Assembly: GCA_032718475.1 (NCBI GenBank)
Contig: JAUCBJ010008041.1
Location: 1-38,137 of the forward strand
Direction of reading: 5' to 3'
Origin: Nemertoderma westbladi
Lineage: Eukaryota; Animalia; Xenacoelomorpha
Length of the DNA: 38,137 nt
In this document: positions 31,877-38,137 of the stretch, piece by piece
Layout of the letters: every line of letters starts with the position of its first letter
Numbering within the stretch: position 1 is the first letter of the stretch
Position numbers and translations under genes: made by a program
The notes under the pieces: model-generated
Databases searched by the model: none
What the model was told of the DNA's origin: nothing
The model's input: only the letters and a program-made list of their open reading frames with translations

Positions 31877-34056
31877 GTCAATTGCACTATCAAATAATAA
31901 AATTTCAGGGAATAAATTTGAATTCATATTTTAATGAATTTAATAAATTGTCATTCTGTGCAATTTATAACATTCCCAAAATCCCATTAATTAATAGATC
32001 ACGGGAGCGGAGATTCATCCTATTAAGTGTGTTAGAGTGTGAGAATCTCCCATGTATGAGTCAATAGCCGATAAAATTTATAAAATCATATATAAACGAG
32101 ATATTGGACCATTAAAGAATTACTATTAAATAGCATCCCAGATCTGTATGCATTGGAATTACCCTAATTCTACCGCTAGCTTTCCATAATGTCACCATAG
32201 TAACACCCACGCTAGAATTAGAAACAAGTTAAAAAGAACAATAGAAAGCTTGCCCATTGCATAGTAAGAAATAAATAGCGCACTGCTAGTATCCAAGGAT
32301 ACATAATAATAACGTGGCATTCTGGAAGGCACTGACTAACGGACAAATGGCCCGAGTGTGTGTAATTTGTGACAGTTGTGTGTGTGGAATTTGTGAGTTT
32401 ATAGGCGAATGTTACTACTAAGGTGTGTTTACAGTAGCGAGTCGCAATTGTGAAAGTAACCCTAACTCTCCAGTAAGAACCTGAAGTGTATCTAAGCCTT
32501 TGGGACGGACAGTGGAGTGACTCGTGCTAGTGTCGTTGTCGTTGTGTAGCTACACGTTGGCGGAAAACACAGCGGCGACGATACATTTGCGCTGAGGCTC
32601 TTACACTGTCCGGGGGCTGATTGGGGTAGGCAGCGACGCTCGCTAGCCTAATTATAAGCTCATTATAATATTAATAAACTCATATATAGCAGATATAACG
32701 GAGTTGATAGAAGATGGTCTTGGTATCGGGGAGCGATATACTCTACCTTTACAAGTGTTTGTTGATAGCTTGATACGCGGCGACGCTAGTCCAACTACTA
32801 CGAAGGACGATGGTCGTTATATCGAACCGACGATTTCCTAGAAGCAACTTACGCGTGAATTGGACTATGGAAAATTCACCGCTCGCTACACGCATCGTAA
32901 TAGTACGTATATGGACTTCTTAACCATTGGCCATTCTATCGATTCACACGATACGGACTATGTCGAACATATATCCTACCCAGCGGAGTCGGAACGATAA
33001 ACTGAAATTCGAATGCGAAAATTCTATTCGAAATCGACTCGAAAGAAAAGACATTAGAGAGACAAATGGACGCGGTAACTCTAACGTATATTTGGAATTC
33101 TTGATAGAAGCATTGTAACAACAAATAAATATCATCCGCGTTTCCCCTACCAGACGTGCGTCTTTGGTATTATTACGATAAATGCCCTAGACCCAACTAA
33201 TAAACGGAAAGACATAAACATCCACGGAAACCGAAACTTGTTCGACATATCACCTACGCTCGCTCGACTCAGACGATCCTTGAGTAAACCTACGATCATA
33301 GTTCCGGAATACTCGGTCAGACCACCTCGTTCCTTGATTAGACCTCAGACTTTCGATTCTGATGGTATCCCAGATCCTCACGAGCTGTATTCACTGTTCA
33401 AAGATCTAGTGCTACCCTAACAATTAATCGGTAACACTCCGGCAGCGAGCTCTAGCTAGCCGCCCATCTTACCTAGCCGTATTGGGACGCGGACACCTAA
33501 TATCACCATTCAACCGTATGGTCGTCCCAGTTTAACGCGATACAACCCTTCATCAAGGTGAAGGAGAGCGTTGTACGAAACGAGTTAAACGCTATTCTAC
33601 AAAGATCAGAAAGGAAACCTGCGTTTGTTCAGATAAACGTAAGTTATAACAGCAAGTCCAAGCGGTAAACGAATTGGCTTATCTCAGTTCGATTGGGAAA
33701 TCTTGAATCTCTAAGAAGATATCGAGCTTAGACAACCCTATTCTCTGCGAGAGTTTTGGACGAGCGTGTCCAACGACAAGCGGAGGAAAATCAGCTCGAG
33801 GAGAAGCAGATCGAAATGGACGAGACACTGACCGTAACCCTAAACCTTCTGATGCAATGATATTGCACCCTTCACCCAGGAGTTATAGCCCTCCTAGTAA
33901 AGTGGCTCGCCCCAAAGAGAAAAGGACTCTTGCTAGCCTCAAAAGCTGCATAAACGCCGTCCGCGTAAGAAAGACTAACTGTTTAGAGTATTTTTATATT
34001 TTAGAAACTGTGATTTGTTATATTTTATAGACTTAAATCCCATTTTCTGGGAGCGG

Positions 34057-35259
34057 TGTAAAGGCTTTTGCGTAATTAGCCGGTTATTTTCCCCGTAAAG
34101 TACTCTGTAGTTGGTTTACCAGGCATAAAAAGGCCGTGTCCTTACTGTACTGGTGTTTTAGAGGACATAAAAGTAATTTCTTCTGTATGTGTACTTTAGC
34201 GGACATAATCCGCAATTCTATGACGTAAAAGCCGAAATACTCTTGAACAGTGTAGTTACTATGACGACAGCTAATAGCTGAGCTGTACACGTGGAGCCTC
34301 TGCACGGAGCCTTGGTTCTTTGTTCTGCTCAGCTCAAATGACGACATCTATCAGCTGTGTCCACGTCAGTTCGACCAATCAGAGATTTTCCCTTTGTGTA
34401 AAAAGCTGTACAGCAGAATCCCATGATTCAGTACTGACGTTTCCCCCACGCCTAAGAACACCGGCCGGGGAATGTTTTCTGACATTAGAGCGTCTTTAAT
34501 TATAAGATCATCAAACTGTTATCTCAGTACTGACTACAGCACCTCGGTTAACTTGGTCAACTTAGTTAAGTACACTTGCATTATTTACTGCTATTTACTG
34601 TGTTGTTAATTGTATCTTCGTTTACATATTATTATTGGGAAGAATATTGATAACGATCCGAAACCCCAATCTTCTTGATACACTAAGGTTAGAGAGACCG
34701 GTTACATATAACAATTTGCGACATACATTATCGTGGTTTGTAGTGAGTTCAATGCTACTTAATAGGCCCTACAAATGTTGGTTGCTGTTCTCTATATATG
34801 ATTAAAATCAGTGAATATCGGCAATTCAGTGTGCAGTTGTGTGCAATAGTCTGTGTGTGCTTGACCGAGTAACAAAGCATTTCCTAAAGAATGCACTTTG
34901 GTGATCTATAAGACATACCATTGTGTATAGTGTAAGTCATAGCTCTGTTTAAATAGATAGAGCGCCACGTCCTAAAGGAACTGCTAATATTTCCCAAAAG
35001 GTGAATAATATTTGTCAGAGATTATATATTAACGATCAATCGAATGGTACGGTAGGCCTGCACCGCAATCAAATTAAAGCATCCAAATCCAGTCTCCCGG
35101 GTATATCCAGCGGGTGAATGGTCGCGCACAGACTGGCTTTGGCTAATGTTAGAATTATTATAGGTGTTCAATACTTGTCATAGGCTGGAGTAGATTTATA
35201 ACCTAGAAGACATATAGATTTGGCGGGTTAAACTGCCAAAGGTCTTAAAAGCGCGAACA
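34057..35259 (+). repeat. 3' LTR of A3 (1203 bp)
   Basis: Direct repeat of 17172-18376, followed by TSD GGTTC. Confidence 0.96.
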
Positions 35260-35559
35260 GGTTCTGGTAGCCGTTTATCAGATGATGTATACCGGGATGT
35301 TATGTCAGATTTATCTTTCGGTTTATTTAGTATAGTGGATTACTTTCGGTTTATCGAGTTCCGTTTATTGGCCTATAGGTAGGCCTATAGTATATAATGC
35401 GTAATGCCTTACCTCTAGAGTGGGCCTACACGTGCAATGTACACATACTACAGTACTACATAGACTAGGCCTATCAAGTTATCGACTATTGTATCAAGAA
35501 GTACATTGCGCACAAAAGTACTGCTGTTCCGATATACTGATGCTGATCCTTATACTGTT

Positions 35560-36210
35560 ATGGGACGGATCAATAAAGGACCGTGCCATAATTGCATACC
35601 TGCCAGACCTGCAGGACTCACAGATAGAAACTGCCCTCATCCGCTCCTGCTTGCCCCAAGGTCGCCTTTGCCCTGCGCTGTTGCCCTCCAACTCTGGTAG
35701 TGCAGTATTCCTTGGAATTCGACCTCATCATGCGTGACTCCTTGTCTGACCTGGTCGGTGGTTCGCTCTCCGACTGGTCATACAACAAGGCATGCCTTCT
35801 GGCCTTCCAACCGCTATGGAGGTCTAGGCCTGCGCAAGGCAACTGACCATGCACCAGCTGCATATGTAGACTCCGTTTGCCAGTCTGGACCCCTTGTTTC
35901 CCTCATCCTTGGCCACCAACCAGGCAACCCACACCTGGATCCTGCCCTAACCTCTCTGTCCACATCTGCAGAGGATCTGCAGAGGAGCCCAAGAGGACAC
36001 CAACCTCCGCTCTTCCTGTCTCCACCACCCAGCAAACCTGGACATGCCCTCACTGAGGCCGGGAGCGTAAGATCGTGCCCCACGCCGAGGAGTGTCACAG
36101 CTCCGGGGTCGGGTTCACACCATTCGTTTCTGCTGTCTCTTCGTTTGTCCTTTCTTATGTATTATAATCTTATTAATTAATAAAAAATATTGTTACATTG
36201 AAAAAAAAAA
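35560..36210 (+). pseudogene. Internally deleted CRE-like (RLE-type) non-LTR retrotransposon 3' remnant with poly(A)
   Basis: LPDLQDSQIETALIRSCL / PKVAFALRCCPP, GGLGLRKATDHAPAAYVDS and GHALTEA / ERKIVPHAEECHSSGVGFTPF across frameshifts. AATAAA at ~36179 and A10 at 36201. Clade assigned from motif recall. Confidence 0.65.
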
Positions 36211-37630
36211 TAGTAATACGAACTAGCTAAAAAAAAATACTGATCTACACTGTGTTCTGCTGTACCTAGGCCTTGATTGAACCTACAGTATAGACCTATG
36301 CAATGTACTGTACAGTACACTCGACAATCGAGTTATGTTCTTCACATTTCCACTGGTCAATTGGACAGCTTGTAGACATTTTTTCAAAGTTGATCAAAAT
36401 CAGGTCAAGAAAATGCAATTTATTCGAGTCAGGTCTAGAATGTGGACTGTACAGCTAAACGAGGTAAAATGATGCGTAATAGCAACATAATTGTACAGTA
36501 AATATAACTGTTAGTATATGAAGCAATTTTCAAAAAAATGTAAAAAAAAATGTGTTTGAAATCCCAACGCACCTTAAATGGAACATTTCACTTTGCTGCT
36601 GTATTAAACATTATTAAATAAAAATTTGAAAGCAAAAACTGATAAAAATGATTAACATAGCATTCAGGCCAACAGGAAAGCTAATTTTCGAAAATTTTTG
36701 ACCACCCCACATCTCATAATTTTAAGATTCAAAAAGACACCTAAATTTTTCAAAAATGGCACTTTTCAACAGGCAATTTTCAGTTTTGAAATTGATAAAA
36801 TTTGGTCAAGTAAGATGTCATTATGTGAGGAAACATGTAATTTACTCATATCAAAAAAGAAATCTCGTTTTTTTCAAAGCAACAGCCACCCATATCTCTC
36901 CATATACCATGTTCCATTTAAGGTGCAATGGGCGTTAAACGGTTTTAAATTAATTTTCAAACCAACTAAAATTTATTTTGTGTTTGCGGTCATTTTGCGC
37001 CATTGACTCCTATCCGGTACAAGTATATAACGATACTGAATTTTATTGAGTTCTACTGAGCCACTTGTTCGCTAACGCCGCAAAGATACGCATTTATTTT
37101 TCTTTGTTTTTGAATATGATCATGTTTATGTACTATTCCGTCTTTATTTCCTTTTACCCATTTATTATTATTATTACCGCACGTTTATTTGCTAATTATC
37201 TCTTTCGTATTTATCCCAGTATCACTTTCATTGATCTTTCATTTGTTCTATAATTGTTTACACTACTTTCGTATTACTTTGTTTCCGTTATTTCACATAT
37301 TTTACCTTTACATAATCACTTTACATACTTACCCTGACTCGTGCTTGTTCCGTCTCCCAGAAAGTAATTTTAGTAAGTAATTCAAATAGTCCTTAATTAA
37401 CAAACATTATAGTGATATTTTTTGATTTGAAAGCTGTCATTGATAAAACTTCAGTCTAGATTTGTTTCTTTTTGGAATATTTTACACCTTTGTACTATAC
37501 CTTTCATTCTTGCTGGTCTAAATGTTCGAACCTTTATTTGATTCTCGGCCAATTTAATAAATAATAGCGTAGATATCATCCTTTGACCCTGAGACGCTTG
37601 ACGACGTCCGGCAGTCTTGTGGTTTTCATA

Positions 37631-37770
37631 AGTAGGCTGCCCGTGATCCTCTTACAAGGCTCTCGGCGGGCTAGCTGACCATTATACAGTATATTAGTAT
37701 CTCATCAATCATTTCTCAGTAGGCTGCCTGTGATCCCCTAACAAGGCTCTCGGCGGGTTGGCTGACCATA
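37631..37770. repeat. Two ~52-bp direct repeats (period 87 bp)
   Basis: AGTAGGCTGCCYGTGATCCYCTWACAAGGCTCTCGGCGGGYTRGCTGACCAT at 37631 and 37718. Confidence 0.8.
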
Positions 37771-38137
37771 TCACACATCAAATTAATATTTCATTTGGGC
37801 GAGAGTCAGATATTGGTTCGTGTACATTTCTGACAGCGAAGATCACCCCCTCTCTATCCATCCACATTGTAAATTAATTAATACATCACTGCTCTAACCA
37901 ATCAAAATAGAGATTCACTTCACACCTTTTCCAATGATAAACACAATCTAGCTTTCCTGATTGACCTCTCAATTATCCCCATCCCAAGTAATTCAGCTTT
38001 CAATCTCTTTAAATATCAAATTGCTCTTCATTCTATGCCTTTTTATTTCTGGGTGACGCACAAGATTTTTTACCGCTCTACAACCGTTCATCTCATTTAT
38101 GTCGATTATATATCCGTCCAATTTACCGCTCCACAAC

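Larger units (their letters stand above)
17172..35259 (+). mobile_element. Full-length non-autonomous BEL/Pao family A element A3 (~10.7 kb without the nested B2)
   Basis: Near-identical LTRs 17172-18376 and 34057-35259; TG...CA ends; 5-bp TSD GGTTC (17167-17171, 35260-35264); short PPT GGGAGCGG before the 3' LTR; Pao-type gag-protease. Confidence 0.95.
16527..36942. mobile_element. piggyBac-like non-autonomous DNA element (~2.3 kb of its own sequence) enclosing A3/B2
   Basis: TIR CCGTTTAACGCCCA 16527-16540 and TGGGCGTTAAACGG 36929-36942. TTAA on the left, TTTTAA on the right. Subterminal TGTTCCATTTAAGGTGC repeats at 16660, 36569-36585 (inverted) and 36910. Confidence 0.7.

Overview
Eukaryotic (probably invertebrate) repeat-dense window with no host gene; almost all of it is nested transposable elements. 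Two BEL/Pao LTR-retrotransposon families dominate. Family A (LTR ~1.2 kb, ~2.2 kb structured leader) has three copies: A1 1-3014 (-), A2 9754-11716 (-) and full-length A3 17172-35259 (+, TSD GGTTC). Family B (LTR ~550 bp) has two copies: B1 ~4545-9753 (-, inside A2) and full-length B2 23224-30588 (-, TSD CAAAG, inside A3). Also present are a decayed PIF/Harbinger element (transposase plus Myb/SANT gene), a 5'-truncated RTE LINE with a 13-bp TSD, piggyBac-like and MULE-like non-autonomous elements, and a CRE-like non-LTR remnant. Main finding: none of the five BEL/Pao copies has a tRNA-type primer-binding site. In every copy the 11 nt (family A) or 9 nt (family B) directly after the 5' LTR are the exact reverse complement of a site inside that copy's own LTR. 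The sequences differ between copies but the pairing is always kept. This suggests Tf1-like, tRNA-independent self-priming in BEL/Pao elements. All alignments, counts and structures were made by eye, and novelty was not checked against any database.
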